A stretch of 62,000 nucleotides of DNA, counting the filler, from Choristocarpus tenellus KU-1152 (lineage: Eukaryota > Protista > Phaeophyceae), in assembly GCA_964200185.2 (NCBI GenBank). It is 9 parts of 9 records of this genome, joined end to end, with 100 filler letters (N's around TTAATTAATTAA, not from the genome) between each part and the next. Parts side by side here need not be neighbours in the genome. Positions count along the whole stretch, not along the records: positions 34,701 to 48,446 come from CAXNAD020001384.1; positions 48,547 to 53,607 come from CAXNAD020011998.1; positions 53,708 to 57,717 come from CAXNAD020016683.1; 6 more parts are not named here. One strand, given 5' to 3'. Made by a program: the position numbers and the translations under genes. The notes under the pieces were generated by a model, which was not told the origin of the DNA, searched no databases, and saw only the letters and a list, made by a program, of their open reading frames with translations. Every line of letters starts with the position of its first letter. The first letter of the stretch is position 1. Below are positions 41,171-53,735 of the stretch, piece by piece.

Positions 41171-44100
41171 TTAATGCCATGTTGATGGGCACCCAGACCC
41201 AACATAATAGAGGTTGGCCAATAACATCAGGTGATTGGAAGGAAACATCTCATTTGGTAGCCACCGGTGAATCAGGCGTGGGTTCCGGGAAAGGTATGGT
41301 GCCCACTCTCCAGTATATTCTCCCAATTTGCACCCTTTCTCATCCACTGCATCTACTGAAGCATCTTCTTGCCATGTAGTTGGTCGTTGTGATCCAGTGT
41401 CAGGTACAAGCTCAGTCTCCTGTGGGTTGTATCCCACTAGGTCATTAGATTCTGGTATGGAGAGAACCTCTCCTGGCAAGAGACTCTGTGCACTGAAAAA
41501 GATGTAGTCCACGGTTGCAGATTGTCTTTCAGAGAGCACTGTGAATGGCGGCTCACCCCCAGAGCTATATGTCATGTAAGCGCTGTGCAGCCCCAGGGCG
41601 TGCACCTGATTCCTGCTGCGCGTGCCAGTAACCACAACAGGCCCCTGCCGAGATACCTCTATTCCTTCTACCCCCCCCCCCCACCCCCCCCACCCCCCCC
41701 AATTAAATGAATCGCCACACCAACAATTGAGCACAAGAGTGCAAGAAATAAGAGCGATATCAGCAAGAAACATGAAATATTCAAAGAGCAAAAGGAATTG
41801 GCAGTCCGTTCAACAGTTGATGGTGGAGCTCTCTACTCTTATTGTGGCAGAGTCATTGCCGTACCACAAGAGCAGAAAAGAAGAGTGGAATCGAGGAAGC
41901 GACACACGGAACAAGGAAGGTAGTACAACAAGGAAGGTAGTACAACAAGGAAGGTAGTACATTGGCGCTTCAATACAGAATTTGGGAAGCTGACAGTTTG
42001 CATACAATGTGGAATGACCTAGGATTGTAGGGTGTGATAGACCGAGATTTGGTGCTCTCTGACTCTAGCATACAATCAATTGAAAAGAGCATGGTTTTGC
42101 ATTGCAAGTGATTAAGCATGTGAGAATATTACAGGTACTGTTGAAACCAAAGCCCGGAAACAAATGGCAACAATGGGTGAAATTTCGCAGCAATGGGAAA
42201 CTAGATGAGGCTCAAAGTATCTGGGGGGGGAGTGGCGGTTGTCCATTTGGGGAAATATTTTTATGTTGCAATTTTTGGGTGATTTGATTCCATACGTCGG
42301 ATAGATATTGAAAGTGCACTTTTCCTGGTTATGATCCAAATGGATACCCTGGTGTAAACCCCTCCCAGATACTTTGGGTCATGAAGAAGGCAAAGTAAAG
42401 CAAACACACCACGATTTGTTTGAAAAAGAACAGTTCTATGTTCCATGTAAGTGTTCTTACAACACCAGCATCAGGGAATCAATTCATTATATTTTCAGGA
42501 TTCGGCAGCGTCTAGAGTGACAGGGGCTTGGACTGGGCATTAAAATACTGTTCAGAATTTACCATATTTGCATTTAAGCACCACACGATTTTTTACTATC
42601 AATGAAGCAAACCTTCCACCTACTTGCTCTCAATGGGGGCAAGTAGGTGACCACAAACCAAATACAGATACCGATATATATATATGCTCTTTATTCAATA
42701 TGCATGAGTCAGTACCTTGTACACTGAATGCTATCTTTTCAGAGGGACTAGAAAAGGTAAGGCTCTGCCAAGGGTATTCTTACAAGTGCACAATAGGTGA
42801 GGAGATACTTTTATCCAATGAGATCACCCCACTCTTTTTTGGCCTTAAGATTTTTCCTTTGTAAAATTTTCGAGCTCCTTTCCTCTACCCACTGGGTCAT
42901 GTTTTTCTCTTCCTGTACCTCCAGTATTTTTTCTGGTATTCTTTTTTAAAATAACGAGTACTTAATTTTAATGCCATTTCCGAAGTCCCTCTTTCCTTAG
43001 TGTGAACAAAAAAAATGTTTTGACGTGGCCTTGGTGATGGGATTAAAATAGGCTTCACTGTTGCCACAATGTAATTTGTGAAGCATAAAATAGCGGCTGC
43101 CAAGACCAATCATATTGCTTGTCAAATCATGCTTATACTGTATATTATGATAGAACAAATAGTGCATTAGTAGTCATTGTAGGATGCCAAAGGTATTCCG
43201 ATATTCAAGTCTGGCCAAGTAGCACCAGCTGAGTGCATTCTACAAGTTCAAGTCAAGAGCTGCTACCCAGGAGGGCTCACCAGAGTACGCTTTCCTTTCT
43301 TTCATGGACTGGTGTTGTCCTTGCGGGTTGCGACCCCCATCACCTCCTGAACCCACACCTCTCTCTGAGCTGACCACTAATCCCCCATATCTGGTACACC
43401 TCCTGCCACTTCCCTCTTCCTCCACTGCCATTTCCTGCCTTATTTTCTCATCCATCTGAGACTCGAAAAGGATATATTCAGTGCCTGTGCGACAGTTGGC
43501 TATATCGGGGTGAATAGTCCCATCAGAGAAGCGTGGAGTAAGGCCTGAAACTGAGGCAAACGAGTTTTTCTCCTCAATGCCAAGGTCAATTAAGCCATCT
43601 ACTTTGATCAATTTGCGGAGGTTGTATGCTCGTAGATCAGCATTCTTCCGAGCCACCTGCTTCATGATTTCAGAAAGTTCATGCTGACGAAGCAGATGGA
43701 TGGAAGCACAACTAAGAAGATTCCGATCTTCTGGATCATTGCCCGGCATAAGTGGCATCCGCACAGGCTCTGACCTTTCCCCCCACGGTCCCTCACCGAT
43801 GGCATTGGCCGCAGAGACTTGAAACTCGTACGCTACGCCAGAGCTTAGACCTGTTACCACAAATGACCTGAGTGGGTTCGGCACAGTTCGGACGGTCCCA
43901 TTCTCATTCTCCACACGGTCATACACAAGACAGTCCCCCTCCATAACAGACGCCCATTCCCCCTCAAGGAATCTGCTTCCTCCAGGAACCCACAGCACTT
44001 TATAGCGATCTACTAATGGACTTGGTGCTTCAGAATCATCCTCTGGGGGGGACCAACGTACCAGGGCCGAGCTAGTTGAAAGAGGTTCAACTGTTGGCTT

Positions 44101-45877
44101 TCCCGAATGACCTGGCACTGATGGATCACGCGGTCTTATACCCTGGCAGAGGATTGCGTAACAGGCGCTGCTGGGAAGACAATTCATGGTGCCACAGAGG
44201 ATTGTGGGGAGCTGAAAGTCGGAGTTGAAAGCCTCTACCGTCCTTGTGAGGCCTTGTGCTTGGAGAACCCTTATATCATCACCAAGGGAACTGTGCTCTT
44301 CGTGGAGTTGGGTGCAGGCAACGCAGGCACCAGACGGGTGAGTCGAATCCTGCCAGGGTTGCAGCAAGACCATTACGGCTACATTGTCGCACACTGCCAC
44401 CTTGGCCGCCAGTGCCTCGTTCTCCTCATCCTCGCACAGTCTGCGGATAAAACCGAGATATTAAAATAGCGAGATTCGACGTATACGATCGGTAGAACTA
44501 CTATGGTTTTACCAAAGTGCAACTACATCATATAGCAATGGGTGGCAATGTGGGAACTCTTGTCCTCGACATTCTCTTCTGAAATACCCTCCAGTGATGT
44601 CCTCGACAGGACCCAAAGTATCTGGGGGGGTGGGGGTGGTGGGGGGGGTCTACACGAGGGTGTCCATTTTGACCAAAATCGGGAAAAGTGCATTTGCATT
44701 ATCCATCCGACGTATGGCAACCAAATCACCCAAAAATCACGATATGAAAAAATTGACCCCAAATGGACAGTTAAACCCCCCTCCCAGATACTTTGAGCCC
44801 TGACTAGAGACTACTGTGGACATGGATATGCCTTCTTCATCAAAAACCTCTCCAAGGAAAGTAAAACAACTCAACCGATTCAAATCACCTGTTAAATTCC
44901 AGCTCTTCGCTTCGAAACAGCTGAAAGAGATCTCGCTTCCATGCTATAACAGCACCCTCACGGTGCACTCCCGACCTGTCTGTTCGCTTCTTGTAGACAC
45001 TGTCATACCCCGCACAGCTGAGCTGTGGTCGCCACCACTGGTGGAACATATCAACGTCCTGAAGGCACAATACATCAGCGCTGTAGCGCCAGCACTGCAT
45101 TGGTAGTCTCGCAACGTTGGTGCTACACGTGTCGGAGATAACGAACGAAGGCCTAGAGGAAGTAGTCAAAGGTGATCTTGATGCCCACTGGTACGAATCG
45201 AGGTGTGACATTCTCACCCGACGCTGAAGATCTCTCGAAGGATAACTTCCCGCCTCCTACTCCAGTTTGCCAAGGCGGGGGGGCAATAAGGAACCTTGAT
45301 GATGTTGCAGTCTGCGAGTACATTGTATGATACCACGGACACAGTTGGGGGACCAGGTTCCTTGTGAATAGATGTGGCTTTGTGCACGAAGGGAACAAGA
45401 GAATTGGCGGGGAGCAGGACACGTCCACCCCACGGCTCATTTTGGTCGGTATATGGGGTGCTGTAACTAGGAGATGCCCCTGCCACTATCTTCCCCATTC
45501 CTACGTCTTTCCCTGTATACTCTAGGAATACAACGATCTCCGAAACTCCTACAAAACCGTCATCACACATACGACAATTCAATATATCGTGTGAAACTGA
45601 TGCGAAACCGAATGTATCGTGTGCAAAGTGAACAGTGAAAGGAAATTTAGAAAGGTATCCTGGACCACACGTATTCGTTGTTGTTGCATTCAGATTCATA
45701 CCCAGAACCTGCGGTAGACGGGGAAAGCCCACGAATGCCACGAAAGGGATCAAACCTTGATGTGACGTCAGCCAAGCGTGGTCTCCACAGGCGCACTGAC
45801 CCATTGGTACGTTGGCAGCGTCCTGTCCCACTGCTCCAACTACTATACCGATCAATAGGTGGTGGTGGTTGTCGCAT
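41171..45877 (-). CDS. CCR4/Angel/PDE12-like EEP-domain protein with an inserted fibronectin type III domain
   Basis: Exons at 45877-45702, 45460-45218 (VVSYNVLAD...ANWSRRREVILREI), 45080-44889 (ADVLCLQDVD...EGAVIAWKRDLF), 44440-43281 (ACTQL; PTILCGTMN; FN3 with VRWSPP...VTGLSSGVAYEFQVSAANAIGEGPWGERSEP) and a last exon ~41643-41171 (LHSAY, EPPFT, TVDYIF, LPNEMFPSNHL). One linking exon is unresolved. Confidence 0.85.
42209..42380. mobile_element. MITE family A (intronic)
   Basis: GGCTCAAAGTATCT...AGATACTTTGGGTC with a 4-bp ATGA duplication. Confidence 0.9.
44610..44799. mobile_element. MITE family A (intronic)
   Basis: GACCCAAAGTATCT...AGATACTTTGAGCC. No clear target-site duplication. Confidence 0.88.
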
Positions 45878-46024
45878 TCCGCGTCAATTTTTTGTATGTA
45901 CTAGCCCTATCAGCCTCTTCTATATCCTCGACGTCTTCAATAAAATATCTTTACTGAAAGATGTCTCCGATGACTGCTGTCCAATACCTGAACGCGGGGA
46001 ATGGCAAACTACCTGGCATACTAG

Positions 46025-46953
46025 AATGCGGGTGCGCAATTGCTGCCGTTTCTAAACAGGACTATTGAGGTGCCCCGTTTCACTTATCGTGCAGATCGAG
46101 ACAAGATCGATGCTTCGCTGTCTCGCCCCCGTGCTGTGATCTCAACTGACTTGATGGGGATCGCCACCAGCATTCTCGACACAATGACAAGTCGTTGGGG
46201 GCATATCAACAATTTCATAGAAGAAACCAGGGGCCACCCAATAAGCCTCCGCGAGTCTGAAAAGTACATTGAGGACTACCTCGAACATCACAGGGTGCCT
46301 GGGAAACTCCAGATTCGCTGGGTGGATGACCTTAACTCTGGTGGGAGATTGCAGGAGTGGGGGCCAAGGGGAGATCCAACAAAGCGGCGATTAAGACTCT
46401 GGATAAACAAAAACTTCGAGGGCATAGCCTTCTCAAAAAGTATCGTCTCATTTACAGACCATGAGATATGCACCCACGCGTTGCGAGCCCTCAACGATCA
46501 CGTTCAGGTAAAAGCATAGAGTCAGACTAGGTTGCTCAATTATAAGGAAGTGGTTCATAGGAGTTAATGTCCATATGAATTCTGACTTGGAGTACATTGG
46601 TCTACGCCTAATTCAACGTTCTCTCATATGGAGCTCCAAAAAGATAAGTTGTGCTGTAGTTGTAGTTGAAGGAAGATCCCCACATGCTTCTCCTCCCTCC
46701 GATGAATCTTCCCGCAGGTGTGGGCCAACAACAGGTGTAAATTTTCACTCCAGGGAATGGGGACACGGAAGAGTGCAGCTACTGAGGAAGGGCTGGCATC
46801 TCTCAACGCACTTTTAAGCTACCCTGATCGTCATCGATATCTTTGGAGCGCTGCATTGCTTTATTACTGCGCTGTCAAGGGACAGGAAATGGGATTTCGG
46901 GAACTACATGAACACCTTTTTAAGTACTTGCAGAGTGCATCAAAAAGATACTG
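46025..46953 (+). CDS. Microtubule-associated tyrosine carboxypeptidase-like protein (MATCAP/KIAA0895, DUF1704), partial
   Basis: Exons 46025-46507 and 46718-46953. The gluzincin-type HExxxH motif (DHEICTHALRALND) is followed by ATEEGLASLN and LWSAALLYY, as in the MATCAP family. Confidence 0.85.
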
Positions 46954-47519
46954 GTGAGTTCTTCTAACAATATCCTGTACTTGGTAGTATACACAGAATA
47001 ATTCCAGGTATCTATTTGAATAATAGTTGTAGCTGTCACTATAACTGAAGCTGTGTGGAGAGGTAAAACTGTCCCCAGACTTCCCATCCAACCATTTTAG
47101 TAAGCATTTATGAGATGGTTGCCCTATGTCTTAGCATGCGATTTGTATTTATTGGGGGTGGCATGGTCCTTGTCTGATATTCATCAATCATTTGTCTATC
47201 TATAGTTGGAGCATAATCCGGAAAGGTTACCTCAGAACAAGATTTGCATTTAGTGTGGCAGGTATGGCCCTGGCCTGGTTGGGGCTATTCCATTTTGTCT
47301 GTAAATCTCGGCTAAGCGCAGGTATCTCATGTCCCTCCTGGTTCCAGATGGTGTTGCCACCCTCTTCCTCTCTACTTGACTTCAAGCAGCTTGCTGCACC
47401 TTTTGCTCCAGAAAGAACTCCTACCCTCCTCCTCTTACCTTGAGCTCAAGTAGTTTACCTTGCTGCCCCCTCAGCATCAGATAGAAACCCAAGTACTTTG
47501 CCCTGCTATGGCTTCTGTG

Positions 47520-48150
47520 CTAAAAAGAGTAGCAATCCTTACCCTCTCGACTTAAGTCAAAGAGGTTGTCTTGCAGCAAGTTTCTGCAAGAACTGCCGTC
47601 CGCTTTCTGGTAGCCAAAGTTCAAGTAGCCTGTTGTGCAACAGTCAATGAAGGTCCAGATTGTCCTTCCGAAGTACAGCAGCAGCAGGGGAATTGATTGG
47701 GTGGGGACATTGACAGTATCTATCCAGGGACCATAGCAGCATCGATTGAGGCAATGCACTGGTGAGGGCTATACAGAGGCAACCAAGTAGTCACAAGAAG
47801 CACACCTCTCACCTTGGTCTTCTTGTGAGCATTGATGAGAGCATGTTCTCCGCAAGCTACTGCCTATAATGATACGGGGGATTTTAAAGGCTTCTTCCAA
47901 GGATGTGCTGCATCCAAACGGCAAGCACATAGTTTGACCTTCTCTTTTTGTCCACATTTGGTGGTACGGTGCAACAGGACGCTCAGGTAGTCCATTGCTA
48001 TGCTGATGCAATTGAACACAGTTTCGCCTTGAGTTTCTTTAAGGAGTTAGTTCGTAAATGGACAAGGGGAAGAGGTGGTACTGGACTGCAGGATATACAT
48101 TCTTTTCACAACCCAGCTACCCAGCTACCCAGTGACCCGGCTTAAACAAC
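47520..48150 (-). mobile_element. Possible decayed non-LTR retrotransposon RT fragment
   Basis: Stop-riddled minus-strand translation with AVACGE...SPHQ, loosely resembling the RPIAVGE...PHQFG motif of CRE/R2-like RTs. Confidence 0.25.
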
Positions 48151-48270
48151 TTTGTCTCCCTCTCCATCTCCAAGCTCTCGCAATAAGAAAACACTTGAAA
48201 AACGATAAATAGCACTCTACTTCGTTCAGTAAACTAGAGTCCATACAACTGTTGGTGAGGTGAGGCTTTT

Positions 48271-48446
48271 GAGTGAAAGAATCTTAGAGGGTACGAGTTT
48301 TGCCCTATTTGTCCATTTGGGGCTTGGCTACCCTCGGGTTATTTTATGACATTTGTCTAGTCCAGAATATTTTGGAGTAGGTAAAATGTATACGTTATGA
48401 AAAGGTGTGTCCGGAACAAGGATATTGACACTTCCTAACAAACAAC
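48271..48446. mobile_element. MITE family B, truncated at the contig end
   Basis: GAGTGAAAGAATCTTAGAGGGTACGAGTTTTGCCC... matches the copy at 5559-5817. Confidence 0.85.
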
Positions 48447-50179
48447 NNNNNNNNNNNNNNNNNNNNNNNNNNNNNNNNNNNNNNNNNNNNTTAATTAATT
48501 AANNNNNNNNNNNNNNNNNNNNNNNNNNNNNNNNNNNNNNNNNNNNCACAACAAAAAAGTGAAAATAGAAAAAAGGGTGGAAAACGGACGCCGACACCCC
48601 CCCCCAGATACTTTGAACCTTTTATCATATTTCATGCATAGCATAATTAAACCAGCGGCAAGCCACATCAAGGGTGAGCAATCAAGTTTCATGGTTTGGC
48701 AAGGAGGGAAAGAAGCGAGGAGGAAGAGTTCTTAAAAGTGGGTAGTGTATTGAATTTGACAGTTCTAGACTTGTTTGTATTGGTGTATATGGGATAGACA
48801 TCATGTGATCTGCCAGTGTCAAGGTAAAACTACTTACGCTTGGTCACCATATAATATTGGAAATGATATTTCGTGACCTCCTTTAGGTTGTGCATATCGA
48901 AGAGCTTGAGCTGTGAGTTTCAAACGAGATGGTACCTTGTAGCCAGGTAGATGACCCTTCGGCCATTGTACCTCAAAATGCTTTAATTTGATGCCCAACC
49001 TTGGTAAGTGCCTTGCCCCTTCAAATATCATGTAATCGACTCTGTGAGAAAGTTCATTGAGATGCTCAAATCTTGCGTATTGATACTTGTGTATTAGTCA
49101 CTGTGGAAATATACTCAAAACTGTCTTTTGCACATGAGGAGCTTTGTTAAACCTAGTTGCAGTTGAAGAGAAGCTTTCAAAGACAGTACTGAGCAAGAGT
49201 GTCGACCAAGTATGGTGAGTATGTACACACACACACATAGATACATAGATACATACGGTTCAAAACATGCTTGCACGTTTCTTCCATCTTTCACCATCTC
49301 CGGCAATGCTGTTTTCCTGCCTCCCACTAACCCTGTTATGTTATTGCACCGGTCTTGCCTGTTAGCAGTCTGCACTGAGGAGCAAAGGAGAGGGGCTCCA
49401 GGAGCCTCAAATAGACAAGGGAAGCGTGATATCATCAGGGGTAGCTTATCATCTGTCGGCAGTGGTGAACCACCAAGGCCCCGCATCAGCGGGACATTAT
49501 TTCACCGATGTCCTCCGTGCAAGTTCATCCTTTCACTATGATGATACCCAAGTGAAGCAATGATCCGGCACAAGTGCGGAGGCACTCCAGGAGGTGGCTT
49601 CAAATGCCTACATCCTAGTATACACTTGTTTGAGCTGGTTGGATTATTGCTGCCTCAGGATACCAGGACAATTAGAGATAACCAATTGTCCCTCTCCTCG
49701 TCTTGTGTACACTCCCCCTTCAGAGCTGTTCCCACAACGTTGCTGCAGTGCCTCTTCTTCCTTCTACTGTTCTCCCATCATCTTCCTCTCCCGTTCCCTC
49801 TCCCTCATCACTTCCTCCCCCATTCAATGTACTCATGAGAAAATCGCACGGGCAGTGCAGGAGGGAGTGCAACCCTCCAACGTCATCCATGGTAATCTGG
49901 TGATGATGCCCAACTCCTACATTCCTGTCCCCGGCACACTGTTGCCTTACCTGCTACTCCTCCTGTATTGTCATCACAGACATTCATGTACATGCTGGGA
50001 GGTTATATGCATCGTCTACAGTACGAGGATGCTTGATCTGATAAAAGAAACGTTCCAATGAAAAGGGTGTAGCCATCACCATGAATGCAGAGTTACTCAC
50101 AGGGGGGTCTATGGTGAGGGATGGTGTAGGAGCGTGTGGCACAGTAACTAACATTGTGATGGTATGAAGCAGTGTGCCT

Positions 50180-53026
50180 TGATACAAAAAAGCACTACAT
50201 CAACATGTACCTGTGAATACTCCCAGAGCACAAAAGCATACAGATTTAGTTGTTAAAGAACATGTAGAATCCCAAGTCTTGATTTTGGAATATGTAAATT
50301 AATTCCTTCTCAGTTATGTTGTAGGAGTAAGAAAGTTGGAGTGAGATACACCATTCAAGAAAGGAGGGGCGATAAACCTTTTACTCATCCCTGATCACTA
50401 ATAACTCGTCACTCAATCTGTGTTACTTACTACAACATTCCTTTTCTAGGATTCTTCTTACTATAATAACCCGGATCATATTGTCATAGTCACCTGACCA
50501 ATACATCATCAATTATCCCGTTATCCAACAATAGTTCAACAACTCAATGCTTCTCCTACATAATAATCTATTACACATGAACAAAAAGCATATTCTCAAC
50601 AAACTCCCCTGCTTTGAACTTCAAGTGAAAAAATACCACCTCAAAACACAATCATCATATCACATCACACATTACCCATAATGATATCTGCATGCCTATT
50701 GAACACTTCCTTAGACCAACCCTTGGCAAAACGAACTGCATGTTGGAATTTCGTAGGTACATATCCAATCTTCACTTTCCTTTCCCTCTCTAGGTGTCGC
50801 ACATAGTGGTACCTAACGTCTATGTGCCTAGTTCTACCACCAGATACTGTCTTCTGCGAAAACTTTATTGCACCACCATTGTCCTCAAACACTAATACTG
50901 AGTAATCTTTACATTGTGGTTGCATGAACATGTGCACTTGCTTTAGGAACATGACCTCTTTCCCCAACTCACACAGTGCAACATTCTCAGCCTCAGCAGT
51001 AGACAGTGTAACCGTTTTCTGCTTCCTCGACCACCAATCTACACATCCTCCCCCAAACATAACAACAACCCTAGAAATGGACAATCTGTCTTTACAGTTA
51101 GCATAATCAGCATCTGTATAGCCAATTAACTGATCCCTCGGTCCATTCCCATACAATCCAAAGTCACCAAAGGCAATTCCATGCTTTTTAGTACCCAGTA
51201 GTACCCAATCACTCTCCTAGCATTCAACCAATCAGACCAACATGAATTCTCCACACAAAATGCCAATTCTCTAACTGCAAACTCTGGTCCACCACAAGCG
51301 TTCCAGTTTTCTTGTTCCAGCAAATTTTCGCTCCCAGTAGTCCTAGTGTCGCCTTGGACCTCTGCAATCTCCCTTTCCCATCCATCTGCCTTGGTCGAAA
51401 ACCATCTTTGTCTCAAGTACCTTGTGACCATCAGTGGGGCGAGGTGCTTGAATCCACACTTCCCTGCTATCCAGATCATCCACTTCTATATCAATAGCAG
51501 CTTTCCGCAAAGGCCACTCCTCAGACTCTGTTGCTACTCTCATGATCTTAGGTTCTGGTGGGAGGGGTTTATCTTTCCCATCCACAAGTAGACCAGCCAG
51601 TCTTCGTGCATACCTTAATGTCCGTTCTGATGGTTCACCAGGTTCAGGTAGGGGGTCATGGTTATGGTCCGCTAGTCACAGTAACAACTTTCCAACACTC
51701 CCCTGCTGTGACGTAGGTGGATCCATACCACCAGTACCAGTGTTCAGCATCCCATCAGTACTTCCATTCTCTATAGTGTTCTCCACATCTATTCCACCTT
51801 CCCCACTTCCAAATTCCGAATCCCAACCCACTTCTGAAGACACCCCTTTCGAAGTATTTTCCGCTGGAACCTCTTCTTCCGATCCCAAAGAAATTTCCTC
51901 CAACACCAAATCCCCAATCCTCACCCCCAAAAAGTCCTCTTGCTTCTCCTCCAAGATTCCATCCCCAGTCTTGTTAATCCCAGTGACAGAATAAGGTTCC
52001 CAAACATAGTCACGCCTGTTGACTATTTGCCCTGAACTTGTAAGAAGAACCCGCAAAGAATCAGAAGGGTGGTTGGAAGAACATCCCATAATCAGGCAAG
52101 GTTCGGCTCCAGGTGCCAACCAATGCATCCGTTGGTCCAGTCTTGTGAACCCCTTAGAATCCCAAAGAGGCAACAAATGAGGGTGGGTTGGAACACCATA
52201 AAACATTTCATAAGGTGATTTCCAGTGGGGGTTAGCAGAGGTGGGGCAAAAGTTTGTTAGTGTGGTAGCCATATTGGCACCTCCATCCACAAACCCAACC
52301 AATCCCCCAATCCAGCCGCATGCATCATGACCAGCCCCTTCTCCGTGATCAGTGCAATTGCGCGTTCCACTTTCCCATTCAATTGGGGGGTACCCGGAAT
52401 GGTGTACTCATGTCAAATCTTGTGTTGATCCAACACCCCCTCGAAGTCCCCATTCTTGAACTCTGTGCCCTCATCAGTCCTCACACACCCAATGCGCAAA
52501 TTTTCTACATCTGCCACATCTCGAATAAAAGCCTGAAAAACCATTGAAGTTTTATTCTTGGCTTGCAGGAATCGAATCCATCTCATTCCTGTCGTGTCAC
52601 ATACCAACATCATCTCATAAAGGTATCCACCCGGGCTGCTTGCCTTTGACTTTGGTCCGCTCAAATCTATGAACACCCGTCCCACCCGTCAGTCAGACTT
52701 ACTCTCTGTTACCTTAGGTACAATTTTCGATGAGCCTTGCCAATAGCGCATCCCTTGCAATATTGATGCCACTCCCCAGTTAAGTAAATCCCACAATCCT
52801 TGGCATACCTGCATACCATCCCTTCATGGCAGTGACGAAGTTGCATATGCATCTGGTTGATATCCACTTTAGTAGTAGGTCGCACCTCACCACTCGGGCC
52901 CCACGGGGCCGTGATAAAAGCTCCAGTCCCACCCTGGGCGAGCTCATCAGGTCCATTGCCTGATGTCGATGCGAGTTGTATATCACCAGCGTCCAAACTT
53001 GAGGCGAGCTCTTCCCCTTCAACAGT
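50180..53026 (-). mobile_element. Decayed Ty1/Copia LTR retrotransposon (GAG-pre-integrase, integrase, truncated RT, RNase H, probable 3' LTR)
   Basis: MHMQLRH...CKGCAIGK; RVFIDLSGP...VRTDEGTEF; KSPYEMFYG; GYTDADYA...WWSRKQKTVTLSTAEAE...EDNGGAI...RTRHIDVRYHYVR. A purine-rich PPT (AGGGGAG) is followed by TGTTG at 50601, giving a probable LTR of ~50180-50601. Confidence 0.9.
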
Positions 53027-53275
53027 GAGTGAAAGTATCTTAGAGGGTACAAGTTTTGCCTTTTTGTCCGATTGGGGCTTGACTTCCCATGGAGTTTTTT
53101 ATGACATTTTCCTACTCCAATTTTTTTCGGAGTAGGTAAAATGTATATATTATGAAAAGGTGTATCTGGAACAAGGATATTGACACTTTCTAGCGGACAC
53201 GATAGCCAAAATTACATCAAAATCACAACATTGGATTTTGGCCCCCAAATGGACACGGCTCTACACTCCATGATA
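53027..53275. mobile_element. MITE family B, right end degraded
   Basis: GAGTGAAAGTATCTTAGAGGGTAC...GGCCCCCAAATGGACACGGCTCTAC. Confidence 0.85.
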
Positions 53276-53735
53276 AGAGTAGCCAAAATCAGCACAACAG
53301 ATAAGGTCTAGATATGGGATGAATGATGCAACATCGTTGTGTGACGCGTGCGTACACATGCAGCTTTTCCTTTCTTTCCAGGTTCCATAATTTGTTGCCA
53401 ATCTATCCATCTGAAATGGTCTCACAATGTTTGGCTATTTTGATAATCAATCAAGTTCAAAGAGGAAAGAATGTTGGTACTACGTTTATTACGAACACTT
53501 CCCTCACGTATGCAGTGCGCGCTGACAATACTGGAGATATGCGGGTGGTCTCAGGCTCAAAGTGTCTGGGGGGGAAGGGGTCTAAACCAGGGTGTCCATT
53601 CGGAGATNNNNNNNNNNNNNNNNNNNNNNNNNNNNNNNNNNNNNNNNNNNNTTAATTAATTAANNNNNNNNNNNNNNNNNNNNNNNNNNNNNNNNNNNNN
53701 NNNNNNNCCCCCCTCCCAGATAGTTTGGGTCAGGT

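Noticed and set aside
49100-50100. Overlapping ORFs next to the Copia LTR
   Set aside because: Low complexity, no conserved motif and no consistent splice pattern.
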